In this document: piece by piece, positions 7,834 through 15,958 of the stretch
Layout: each line of letters starts with the position of its first letter
Numbering within the stretch: the first letter of the stretch is position 1
Origin: a virus
Direction: 5' to 3' (one strand)
Length of the DNA: 64,000 nt
Virus record (IMG/VR): IMGVR_UViG_3300020172_001416
Location: 1 to 64,000 of that record
Made by a program: the position numbers and the translations under genes
The notes under the pieces: model-generated
Databases searched by the model: none
What the model was told of the DNA's origin: nothing
The model's input: the letters and a program-made list of their open reading frames with translations, nothing else

Positions 7834-8235
7834 ATGTCTAGATACGAAGAAGAAGTTACAGAACCAACTGAATCATCGGTTTTAGATGATACCCCAATTG
7901 AGGAAACACCAATGACTACAATAGAAAAGCCAGCATCACAAGAAAGTAAGTTCCAAGAAATGTTGTTCAAGATGATGGCCCGTCGTTGGAACATCACCGC
8001 AATTGTTCTTATCACCTTTATGTTAATCGTCGGTGGTATCACCATGGCAGTATACAATCAAACCGCAATTGACGGAGAATGGAAAGAACTTCTCCTCCTT
8101 ATGTTAGGTGCCTTTATCGGTTCCTATGGTAAAATTATCGATTACTGGTTCTCGGACACCGATAAGGACAAGATGTTAGTACAAAAGATGGATGAAGAAG
8201 ATGGTCAATCCTTCTCAAATACACTAGGAGGTTAA
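7834..8235 (+). CDS. two-TM membrane protein (holin-like)
   Basis: Two hydrophobic segments; ELLLLMLGAFIGSYGKIIDYWF. Confidence 0.7.
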   Translation: MSRYEEEVTEPTESSVLDDTPIEETPMTTIEKPASQESKFQEMLFKMMARRWNITAIVLITFMLIVGGITMAVYNQTAIDGEWKELLLLMLGAFIGSYGKIIDYWFSDTDKDKMLVQKMDEEDGQSFSNTLGG

Positions 8236-8236
8236 T

Positions 8237-8527
8237 ATGGACGCAAAGAAAGTGCAAGAAACTATGTTAGCAAGATTTTCGCAAATCTTCAAAGATAATA
8301 ATGAATATAATGAAAAAACAGTAATTGGTTTCTTGTCTTTCGCAGTTATGACGTTGTATTCAATTGTAGATATCGTAACTGGTGTTATGGGTATGCCATT
8401 AGAAATTCACGAATTTGTGTATAACTCATTTATGATTATTACACTTGGTTCGTTTGGTATTGCTGGCTTAGAAAAGTTTTCACCAACCGCAGTCAAGCAA
8501 GCAAAGGCTGGTGAAGGGGAAGAATAA
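8237..8527 (+). CDS. two-TM membrane protein (holin-like)
   Basis: AGGAGG SD; two hydrophobic segments ending GSFGIAGLEKF. Confidence 0.7.
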   Translation: MDAKKVQETMLARFSQIFKDNNEYNEKTVIGFLSFAVMTLYSIVDIVTGVMGMPLEIHEFVYNSFMIITLGSFGIAGLEKFSPTAVKQAKAGEGEE

Positions 8528-9237
8528 TGAAAAAATTATTAATACTACTATTAGTCCCAACACTTCTTTCGGCACAAGTAGTTGGTTCAACCAAGACCGA
8601 AGAGTATCGTGCATCATTTGAAAAAAAAGTTAATATTGATTCATTGATGGATTATGATGGACCAAAGATTCCTGTTCAATTATTGAACATCGGTATCAAC
8701 GAAGAAGTGTTCGCAATGTATCCAGAACTCAAAGACAAACGTGTTGGTCTTGGGGTTACCAATATCGTTGTAGAATACTTGGAAGAAACAAATCGTTTTA
8801 CCTTTACAGAAGATAAGACAGAAATCAAGAACAGAATGGTAAAGCAATTCCAGGCATCACAATCTGGTATTACAGAAAATAAGTTAGATGGTCGTGGAAA
8901 GATTAAGTTGGCAGAATATTTTGTATATATTGAAGTGTATGATTTCTCAGTTAGTGAAGATGAGACTATTAACTTAAAAGATGGTGTTAAGAATAAGGTA
9001 GTCACCCGTTTAGGTTTACAAGTCAAGTTTGTTGATGCAGAAACTGGTGAATACTTTACGGGTTCTGGGTTGGGTGAAGCAAAGACCGTTCGTGAATTAA
9101 CCCTTATGAATGATGATAACTTTGGTGAAATCAAATTTAATCAAAGTACGATTGGTACAACAACAAAGAAAGCATTGGAAGATGCCTCCGCAAAGATTGT
9201 TACCAGAATGGTTCGTAAGGGAATTTTTAAATCATAA
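8527..9237 (+). CDS. CsgG/HfaB-like (curli transport/TolB_N-like) exported protein
   Basis: Signal peptide; GLGVTNIVVEYLEETNRFTFTE..GKIKLAEYFVYIEVYDF..LQVKFVDAETGE..GSGLGEA..KKALEDA pattern typical of the CsgG family. Confidence 0.7.
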   Translation: MKKLLILLLVPTLLSAQVVGSTKTEEYRASFEKKVNIDSLMDYDGPKIPVQLLNIGINEEVFAMYPELKDKRVGLGVTNIVVEYLEETNRFTFTEDKTEIKNRMVKQFQASQSGITENKLDGRGKIKLAEYFVYIEVYDFSVSEDETINLKDGVKNKVVTRLGLQVKFVDAETGEYFTGSGLGEAKTVRELTLMNDDNFGEIKFNQSTIGTTTKKALEDASAKIVTRMVRKGIFKS

Positions 9238-9271
9238 TTGTTACGTATTTTTTAACCTTTAAGGAGTTTTT

Positions 9272-9538
9272 ATGACTACAATTTTTGTTTTGTTATTACT
9301 TGCAGCAGCAGTTGCCTTTGTTCTAACCAGAAAAGCAAACCAACCAATTACACCACTTGTGGGAAATGTTAAGAAGGTTGAAGCAGCAGTTGCTAAAGTA
9401 GGTGAAGTTGCTGTAAATGCACTCGACGTTAACAACGATGGTAAGGTTGACCTTAAGGATGTTAAGGTAGCTGCCGAAGCGGTGAAGAAGGTTCGTAAGC
9501 CACGTGCAAAGAAGGCAACAGGAAAAAAGAAAGACTAA
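9272..9538 (+). CDS. membrane-anchored protein with EF-hand/dockerin-like loop and basic tail
   Basis: N-terminal TM, DVNNDGKVDLKD, KKVRKPRAKK. Confidence 0.7.
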   Translation: MTTIFVLLLLAAAVAFVLTRKANQPITPLVGNVKKVEAAVAKVGEVAVNALDVNNDGKVDLKDVKVAAEAVKKVRKPRAKKATGKKKD

Positions 9539-10152
9539 TGAAAAAACTACTATTATTAGTTCTTTTTGCACTCCCACTCCAAGCACAAGATGAAGTTACT
9601 TTAAAACACAAGAATTATACTACGGTGTTTTCGAAAAGTAAAAAGTATCCAGTGCAGGTGGAGTGGTGGGTGACAAAAGATGGATTAGAATGTGTAAATC
9701 CAGTAGCACGAAAAGACAAGTTTATTCCAGACCCACTACTTAAAAAAGAAAGTGATGTTGCAGATGATTATGTGGGTTCTGGGTTTGACCGTGGACATTT
9801 AGCACCAGCAGCAGATAACCGTTGTAAGGGTGCTGATGTGATGGAAGAAAGTTTCTTCTTTACTAATATGGCTCCACAATACCCAGGTCTCAACCGTGGT
9901 CAATGGAAAAACCTTGAAGAATGGACTCGTGAATTAGCAAAAATGCACGATTCTGTTCAAGTCAAGGCAGGTTGTGTTGGGGAAGCAAAAAAGGTTAAGC
10001 AATTATCTATTCCAACCCACTGTTGGAAAGTTATTTATGTTAAGAAGTTGAATGAAACCACCGCATACGTCTTCCCAAATGTACCAGAAAAGAGTGTATC
10101 TTTTGAAATGCATATGGTTAAGTTAGACAGTATTGCTAAACTTAAGAAATGA
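9538..10152 (+). CDS. secreted DNA/RNA non-specific endonuclease (NucA/EndA family)
   Basis: Signal peptide; SGFDRGHLAPAAD, SFFFTNMAPQYPGLNRGQWKNLE. Confidence 0.93.
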   Translation: MKKLLLLVLFALPLQAQDEVTLKHKNYTTVFSKSKKYPVQVEWWVTKDGLECVNPVARKDKFIPDPLLKKESDVADDYVGSGFDRGHLAPAADNRCKGADVMEESFFFTNMAPQYPGLNRGQWKNLEEWTRELAKMHDSVQVKAGCVGEAKKVKQLSIPTHCWKVIYVKKLNETTAYVFPNVPEKSVSFEMHMVKLDSIAKLKK

Positions 10153-11567
10153 AACAATTGAGACTACTTATCGCCCTCGCTATGATTTTCATAGCATCCA
10201 GTTGTGGTAAAGCTCAAGTCGTAGTACAAACTTGGGTTGACCCGTGTACAAATACAGTCCAGACCGCCACATTTCCTATTAATGGGCCTGGAGTACTGAT
10301 TTCGTATCGTGGTCAATCCAAAATTTTTACTGCGGCACAAGCACAAGCAGGTGAATTATTAGTGTGGATTAACCAAGTCACGGTTAATGTTCCATGTCCC
10401 ACCGTTAATAATCCTGTAGTTACCCAAACTGTTACACAAACTGCAACCCAAGCAGCAACCCAAGCAGCTGCGGCAGCAGCGTCAGCGGCAGCTAGTGCAG
10501 CAGCATCGTCTGCCGCTTCTTCCGCAGCAAGTTCGGCAGCAAGTAGCGCAGCATCTTCTGCGGCAACTTCAGCCGCGGCGTCGGTACCAGTTCCATCTAC
10601 ACCACCACCGACACCAACCCCCGCTGCTCCTGCAGCACCTGCGGCACCAGCAGCACCCGCACCATCTAGTAGTTCGTCCTCTACTCCTGCTCCTTCTAGT
10701 TCATCGTCAGAACCAGCACCCACATCAAGTGGTGGTGGAGAACCCGCGGCAGAATCTAAACCAGCAGAAGCTAAAGCCGAGGCTAAGTCAGAATCTTCAT
10801 CGGAATCTAAATCAGAATCAAAGTCAGAAGAAAGTAAATCTGAATCTAAGTCTGAAGAAAAGTCTGAAGAGAAGAAGGACGAAAAGAAAGAAGAAAAGAA
10901 AAAGGGTGGTGAAAATGTTAATCCTTTATTGGTAGCATCCGATTTAACAACCGGTCAAAATCCAGATGGTAGTTTGACCGCAATGTTGACCACGGGTGTT
11001 TCTCAATCTTCATTAGCAGGTGATAAGAGTTATGGGGTCACTGGTATTCTTTGGTTGACATTTGACCAAGGAGCTATCAACGCATCATATTCTAAGATGA
11101 AGTTTGAGAAAGGTAAACTAAAACATATTATGTCTTATGCCAACACCACTGCATATCTCAAAGGGACATGGATGAATATGGCAGGTGCAACGTGGGTTAA
11201 ACCCGACCCAAAATGGGGTGTGGTTGGAGTAAGTGGTAACGTCATTATTTTAGCAATTCCCGACAAAATGGAAAAGAAAACCGCAATCAGTTATGCAACA
11301 TCACTTGCGGCATTTTGGATGCACAATCCAATTCAATTAAACGAACGAGCAACACTTTCGCCACAAGTATTTTTACTGGGTGCACCAGTCTCATATAACG
11401 AGATGACAAAGTTTACCTTTAGTGACCAACTCAGTGCAATGATTGGTAACTCAGTAGACTATAAGATTACCAAGCGATTTGGTATGACTGGGGCACACAG
11501 AGTAATGGTTCCGTCAACAGGAAAACCTCTACACTTTTTACTCATCGGTTCTCGGGTAACACTATAA
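10149..11567 (+). CDS. exported protein with low-complexity stalk and putative C-terminal beta-barrel
   Basis: Signal peptide or lipobox (IASSC); Ala/Ser, PAA and ESKS repeats; C-terminal ~210 aa of amphipathic strands ending FLLIGSRVTL. Confidence 0.6.
   Translation: MKQLRLLIALAMIFIASSCGKAQVVVQTWVDPCTNTVQTATFPINGPGVLISYRGQSKIFTAAQAQAGELLVWINQVTVNVPCPTVNNPVVTQTVTQTATQAATQAAAAAASAAASAAASSAASSAASSAASSAASSAATSAAASVPVPSTPPPTPTPAAPAAPAAPAAPAPSSSSSSTPAPSSSSSEPAPTSSGGGEPAAESKPAEAKAEAKSESSSESKSESKSEESKSESKSEEKSEEKKDEKKEEKKKGGENVNPLLVASDLTTGQNPDGSLTAMLTTGVSQSSLAGDKSYGVTGILWLTFDQGAINASYSKMKFEKGKLKHIMSYANTTAYLKGTWMNMAGATWVKPDPKWGVVGVSGNVIILAIPDKMEKKTAISYATSLAAFWMHNPIQLNERATLSPQVFLLGAPVSYNEMTKFTFSDQLSAMIGNSVDYKITKRFGMTGAHRVMVPSTGKPLHFLLIGSRVTL
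10430..10905 (+). repeat. coding low-complexity repeats (TQAA, AASS, PAA, ESKS, EEKK)
   Basis: Tandem degenerate codon repeats within the 10149 ORF. Confidence 0.8.
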
Positions 11568-11576
11568 GGAGTTATT

Positions 11577-12356
11577 ATGATTAAAGATTTACCGTTTTCA
11601 GAACAAAGCGCATTATTTGCAAGACTCAGTAACTTAGCATATCAAAAACCAGAAGACGCAAAAAAGTTATTTAAGAAAGCAGGATTTACTGAAATCACAT
11701 ATTATGGGAATGATGGTAGTAACGCATACGTAATTGAGAGCGATGTAGATATTGTTATAGTCTGTCGTGGTACTGAAGTCAAAGAACGGAATGATATTAA
11801 AGCCGATTTAAACATTGACCGCGTACCATCCAGAACAGGCATCGGATTGGTTCATCGTGGATTCAGAAACTATACTGATAAGATTTGGGAACCAATCAAG
11901 AGTCATATTAAAGAAACAAAAGAGAAGACTTTATGGATGACGGGACATAGTTTAGGCGCTGCTATGGCAACCTTGATGGCTCGTCGTTGTGTCCTTGATA
12001 TTTCTATGAAAGTTCCAACATTATTTACGTATGGTAGTCCACGTGTTGGCAATCGTGTGTATATTGATGAATTTAATACTCAATTGGTACATCATCGTTG
12101 GGTTAATGACGGTGACATTGTAACAAAAGTACCATTCTCACCATTTTATTATCACTGTGGTATCATGCATCATATTAGTAGTGCTGGAAAGGTTACGGTT
12201 GAATATGATAGAAAAATTAGTTGGACTCGCATCTTATCTTTGTTAATGCCACATGGCATTTTCAAGTTAATTATGGGAGACACACAAGACCATTCCTCAG
12301 AACTCTATACCCAAAAGTTGATGTTCTGGGCGTTGAATGATGTATCACAATCTTAA
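11577..12356 (+). CDS. lipase class 3 (alpha/beta hydrolase)
   Basis: VCRGTE, VHRGF, TGHSLGAA, FTYGSPRVGN, DIVTKVP. Confidence 0.92.
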   Translation: MIKDLPFSEQSALFARLSNLAYQKPEDAKKLFKKAGFTEITYYGNDGSNAYVIESDVDIVIVCRGTEVKERNDIKADLNIDRVPSRTGIGLVHRGFRNYTDKIWEPIKSHIKETKEKTLWMTGHSLGAAMATLMARRCVLDISMKVPTLFTYGSPRVGNRVYIDEFNTQLVHHRWVNDGDIVTKVPFSPFYYHCGIMHHISSAGKVTVEYDRKISWTRILSLLMPHGIFKLIMGDTQDHSSELYTQKLMFWALNDVSQS

Positions 12357-12373
12357 CCAATTAGGAGAAACGT

Positions 12374-12973
12374 ATGGACATCAGTAAGCTCAAAGGTCAC
12401 GTTCCAGACGCAGTTATTGCTCAAATTCCAGAAGTAATGGACAAGTTTCAAATCAACACTCCACTTCGTCTCTGTCATTTCCTCGCACAATGCGGTCACG
12501 AATCTGGTAACTTCAAGGCAGTGAATGAAAACTTGAACTATGGGGCAAAGGGACTTCGTGGTATCTTCCCAAAGTATTTTCCAACCGATGCACTCGCAGC
12601 AGAATACGAACGTAAGCCAGAAAAGATTGCAAACAAGATTTATGGCGGACGTATGGGTAACGGTCCAGAAGCAAGTGGTGAAGGTTACAAGTTCCGTGGT
12701 CGTGGATATATTCAATTAACTGGGAAGGACAACTATTCAGCATTTGATAAGGTGGTCGCAGAAGATATCACCGCAAATCCAGACCTCGTAGCAACCAAGT
12801 ATCCACTTCTTTCAGCAGCATGGTTCTGGAACTCACGTAAGTTAAATGAAATTGCAGATAAGGGAGCAACCGACGTAGAAGTGACCGCAATTACCAAGAA
12901 GGTAAACGGTGGAACAATCGGACTTGATGACCGTATCAAGCACTTTAAGGAATTCTATAATTTAGTAAAGTAA
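12374..12973 (+). CDS. glycoside hydrolase family 19 endolysin
   Basis: HFLAQCGHESGNF..ENLNY, YKFRGRGYIQLTGKDNY, SAAWFW, ITKKVNGG. Confidence 0.93.
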   Translation: MDISKLKGHVPDAVIAQIPEVMDKFQINTPLRLCHFLAQCGHESGNFKAVNENLNYGAKGLRGIFPKYFPTDALAAEYERKPEKIANKIYGGRMGNGPEASGEGYKFRGRGYIQLTGKDNYSAFDKVVAEDITANPDLVATKYPLLSAAWFWNSRKLNEIADKGATDVEVTAITKKVNGGTIGLDDRIKHFKEFYNLVK

Positions 12974-13006
12974 TTTCTTTTTAAAAGATAGTTATATAGG
13001 TGGGGG

Positions 13007-13036
13007 TTGACAATCTGTTAATCCCCATTTTATATT
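13007..13036 (+). promoter_or_regulatory. sigma70-like promoter within an inverted repeat
   Basis: TTGACA-18 nt-TATATT; GGGGTT../..ATCCCC arms. Confidence 0.5.
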
Positions 13037-13049
13037 TATGGAGGTTCTT

Positions 13050-13553
13050 ATGTATAAAATTTTACTATTTGCACTAGCATTACAGGCAGTGCCTATCGCA
13101 AAATTACCACTTCCATCAAAAACATTACGAGATACAACAAATAACGTAATTGTTATACATAATGACGGTGGAAATATGGATGCAAGAACGACACACCAAG
13201 TTCTTCGTCGTCGTAGATTGTCTTATCATTATTTTATAGACAAAAGTGGAAAGATATATCAATTTGTTGACCCAAAATATGTTGCAAAACATGCGGGAAT
13301 TTCTTGGTTTGATGGGTTGGTCAATTGGAATAATTTTAGTATCGGTATTTGTTTGCAAGGTAGAAATACTACTCCATACACCGATAAACAATACGCAAGT
13401 TTACAATCGTTGATTACAATGTTACACCAACGATATCCAGATAGTCGTGGAAAGCCACTGTATACGCATGCACAAGTCGCGTTTCCACGACCACGGAAGA
13501 AAGATCCTGGTGACTTGTTTGATATGACACGAATTAAAGTAGATAGTATCTAA
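13050..13553 (+). CDS. N-acetylmuramoyl-L-alanine amidase (Amidase_2) with signal peptide
   Basis: IVIHND, SYHYFID..GKIYQFV..AKHAG..N..SIGICL, H..KKDPG. Confidence 0.88.
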   Translation: MYKILLFALALQAVPIAKLPLPSKTLRDTTNNVIVIHNDGGNMDARTTHQVLRRRRLSYHYFIDKSGKIYQFVDPKYVAKHAGISWFDGLVNWNNFSIGICLQGRNTTPYTDKQYASLQSLITMLHQRYPDSRGKPLYTHAQVAFPRPRKKDPGDLFDMTRIKVDSI

Positions 13554-13568
13554 TAGAGGATAAAGGTT

Positions 13569-14585
13569 ATGATTCAATACGCTGATGTAATCGTAGATTT
13601 ACAAGCAGGTGATACGGGAAAGGGTAAAGTTGCTCACGCACTTGCCAACAATTATGACCTGATGATTCGGTATAACGGTGGAGCAAATGCAGGTCATACC
13701 GTATACCACAATGGACAAAAAGTCGTCACACATCAAGTTCCGATTGGTGTACTGTTTGGTATTCCAAGTATTATTGGACTAGGGTGTGTTGTTAATATTC
13801 CAAAATTAATTGATGAGGTTCGTCAACTAAAATCTCAAGGTATTTATACTGACGGATTGATAATGGTTGACAAACGTGCACATGTCGTATTTGGTTATCA
13901 CATAGAGGAAGATGGTCTTGATTTGAAGATTGGTACAACTCGTCAAGGTATCGGCCCCGCATATCGTGACAAGTATGCACGTAAAGGAACTCGTATAGGT
14001 GACATTAATACATCAATGTACAACGATTTTAGAGTAGTTGACATTTATGATGTACTATATGTGAATCGGGTACCCCGTCGTATTCTCTGTGAAGGAGCTC
14101 AAGGATTTCAGATTGACATCGATTGGGGCGATTATCCTTATGTTACAAGTTCTCATTGTACGGTGGGTTCCGCAATATTAAATGGGATTCAACCACAAAA
14201 ACTTCGTAAAGTCATCGGAATTATGAAGGCATATGAAACATATTCTGGATTTAAGACTACGTTCCAAGACGAGAATGATACCGACCTTCAACGGATTCAG
14301 GAAGTTGGTGGTGAATTCGGTGCCACCACGGGACGTAAGCGTAAGGTTCGGTGGTTAAATTTAGACGGTGTTATCAAAGCAATTAACATCAACGGCGTTA
14401 CTGAGCTTATTATCAATAAGCTGGATATAATGGATGAAGTCGGTGTATTTAAAATGGTTAAAAACGGCAATTTGTGTAAATATGAAACTATGGAAAAGTT
14501 TAAAGCCGAAGTGGAAAGTACTATATATTTGCATACTACGTCGGTACAAAAGATTTTATGGTCTATGACTCCGAACGGAATCTGA
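13569..14585 (+). CDS. purA: adenylosuccinate synthetase (short form)
   Basis: GDTGKGK, RYNGGANAGHT, GTTRQGIGPAY, EGAQG, YPYVTSS, EFGATTGRKR. Confidence 0.95.
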   Translation: MIQYADVIVDLQAGDTGKGKVAHALANNYDLMIRYNGGANAGHTVYHNGQKVVTHQVPIGVLFGIPSIIGLGCVVNIPKLIDEVRQLKSQGIYTDGLIMVDKRAHVVFGYHIEEDGLDLKIGTTRQGIGPAYRDKYARKGTRIGDINTSMYNDFRVVDIYDVLYVNRVPRRILCEGAQGFQIDIDWGDYPYVTSSHCTVGSAILNGIQPQKLRKVIGIMKAYETYSGFKTTFQDENDTDLQRIQEVGGEFGATTGRKRKVRWLNLDGVIKAININGVTELIINKLDIMDEVGVFKMVKNGNLCKYETMEKFKAEVESTIYLHTTSVQKILWSMTPNGI

Positions 14586-14611
14586 TAATATAACCTATTT
14601 ATATAGACCCC

Positions 14612-14640
14612 TTGACAATTGAGCCGGACCGGTATATATT
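14612..14640 (+). promoter_or_regulatory. sigma70-like promoter
   Basis: TTGACA-17 nt-TATATT. Confidence 0.8.
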
Positions 14641-14716
14641 TAAGGTATAGTTCAAGCAGTGATGTTTTCAAGTTATACCCACTATTTATAAGTAGAAGGT
14701 CTAACTTGGAGATTTT

Positions 14717-15139
14717 ATGAAAGGAAAGTGTTTGCAGTGTGAAGTAGAATTTAGTTATTCACCATCACAAAGCACTGGAAAGTATTGTAGTAACGCATGT
14801 CAAGGGTTGTATAAGGTATACAACGATACTATGCCAAAAGTAGAACGTGGAGAAGTAAGACAAACAAATACTTTAAGACGTTATCTAAAAGAAACCAAAG
14901 GATATGTGTGTACAGAATGTGGTATATCGGATACCTACAATGGTAAAGCACTAACACTACAAGTTGACCATATAGACGGCAATTCCGATAATAATTTTCC
15001 AAACAATTTACGTTTATTGTGTCCGAACTGCCATTCTCAAACAGAAACTTGGGTTACAAGAAATAAAAAAACTACAAAAAGAAATAGCTATTTACAAAAG
15101 TATAAGTCTGGTAGATACAAAAACGGACGAGTCGCATAG
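14717..15139 (+). CDS. HNH homing endonuclease
   Basis: CTECG..LQVDHIDGNSDNN..NLRLLCPNCHSQT; stop lies inside tRNA-Val. Confidence 0.9.
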   Translation: MKGKCLQCEVEFSYSPSQSTGKYCSNACQGLYKVYNDTMPKVERGEVRQTNTLRRYLKETKGYVCTECGISDTYNGKALTLQVDHIDGNSDNNFPNNLRLLCPNCHSQTETWVTRNKKTTKRNSYLQKYKSGRYKNGRVA

Positions 15140-15199
15140 TGGCCTAGTGCACCGCTTTTACACAGCGGCTTTTCGGGGGTTCGAATCCCTCCTCGTCCA
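15125..15199 (+). tRNA. tRNA-Val(TAC)
   Basis: GGACGAG/CTCGTCC acceptor, CCGCT-TTTACAC-AGCGG. Confidence 0.9.
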
Positions 15200-15205
15200 T
15201 AAATT

Positions 15206-15278
15206 GCGGGTGTAACTCAATTGGCAGAGTTCCAGCCTTCCAAGCTGGATGTTGTGGGTTCGAGCCCCATCGCCCGCT
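15206..15278 (+). tRNA. tRNA-Gly(TCC)
   Basis: GCGGGTG/CGCCCGC-U73, CCAGC-CTTCCAA-GCTGG. Confidence 0.95.
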
Positions 15279-15282
15279 CTTC

Positions 15283-15362
15283 GCTCTTGTGGTGGAATTG
15301 GCAGACACACTGGCTTCAAACTCCAGCGCTACGGCATGAGGGTTCGACTCCCTCCGAGAGCA
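15283..15362 (+). tRNA. tRNA-Leu(CAA)
   Basis: Leu-type D-arm GTGGAATTGGCAGACAC, loop TT-CAA-AC, variable arm. Confidence 0.85.
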
Positions 15363-15368
15363 TAGGAC

Positions 15369-15397
15369 TTGACAAATAGAAGTAGATGTATTAGTAT
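15369..15397 (+). promoter_or_regulatory. sigma70-like promoter
   Basis: TTGACA-17 nt-TAGTAT. Confidence 0.65.
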
Positions 15398-15407
15398 TAA
15401 TTCATAC

Positions 15408-15429
15408 GCCGCGTTCGTCTATCGGCTAG
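15408..15429 (+). pseudogene. tRNA 5' fragment duplicating the start of tRNA-Glu
   Basis: GCCGCGTTCGTCTATCGGCTAG versus GCCGCCATCGTCTATCGGCTAG at 15435. Confidence 0.7.
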
Positions 15430-15434
15430 AATAT

Positions 15435-15506
15435 GCCGCCATCGTCTATCGGCTAGGACAATGCCCTTTCAAGGCATGAAGAGGGGTTCGATTCCCCTTG
15501 GCGGTA
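15435..15506 (+). tRNA. tRNA-Glu(TTC)
   Basis: ATGCC-CTTTCAA-GGCAT, GGTTCGATTCC. Confidence 0.92.
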
Positions 15507-15527
15507 TGAACGTTCAAGGAGTTACAT

Positions 15528-15620
15528 ATGCCACATCCAAAAAAATGCGGTAAGGGTCGTCGTAAGATTGGCTCAAAGAAACGAAACAATCGTTGGAAAA
15601 ACAGAAAACGTAAGCATTAG
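15528..15620 (+). CDS. 30-aa highly basic peptide, possibly bS22/mS38-like small ribosomal protein
   Basis: AAGGAG SD; MPHPKKCGKGRRKIGSKKRNNRWKNRKRKH* (below the ORF-track cut-off). Confidence 0.6.
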   Translation: MPHPKKCGKGRRKIGSKKRNNRWKNRKRKH

Positions 15621-15626
15621 TTCTAT

Positions 15627-15842
15627 CCGAGGCCGTTTCCCTACCTTTCACCTCGTAAATAGCCTTCGGGCGAATGGAAAGACTTTAAAATGATAGGGCG
15701 GGTTCTATTGACGTTAAGAATAGACGCTTTTTTGCTCGTTTAGCGCATGGATAAACAAGCAGGCGGTTGGGGAAGCTTGACGAAGTGGTGTGTCCGCCTA
15801 TATATTGTTGACAAGAAAGCTGATATCTTTCAACACATCCCC
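15627..15842 (+). ncRNA. one or two unassigned structured RNAs
   Basis: GCC-TTCG-GGC tetraloop, several helices, two possible pseudoknots, internal terminator-like hairpin at ~15698-15733. Confidence 0.45.
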
Positions 15843-15847
15843 CGTAT

Positions 15848-15918
15848 TGCCCTCTCGTTCAATGGCAGGACTGCGGACTTTGGATCCGCTAATCGTGGTT
15901 CGAATCCACGGGGGGCAA
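15848..15918 (+). tRNA. tRNA-Gln(TTG)
   Basis: U1-A72, GCGGA-CTTTGGA-TCCGC, GGTTCGAATCC. Confidence 0.93.
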
Positions 15919-15958
15919 CTCGAAGTAGGTTACATTAACTTTTTATGGAGCGTACACA

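Noticed and set aside
10313-10935. ORFs 10313..10723 (-) and 10495..10935 (+)
   Set aside because: Shadow frames of the low-complexity repeats in the 10149 gene
13569-14585. purZ (2-aminoadenine pathway) together with the HD hydrolase at 18863
   Set aside because: GDTGKG retains the PurA Asp (PurZ has Ser) and the genes are not adjacent; the HD protein is not evidently DatZ
15311-15321. Opal suppressor/Sec (TCA) reading of the tRNA at 15283
   Set aside because: The centred triplet is CAA, and the D-arm, variable arm and A73 are Leu-type
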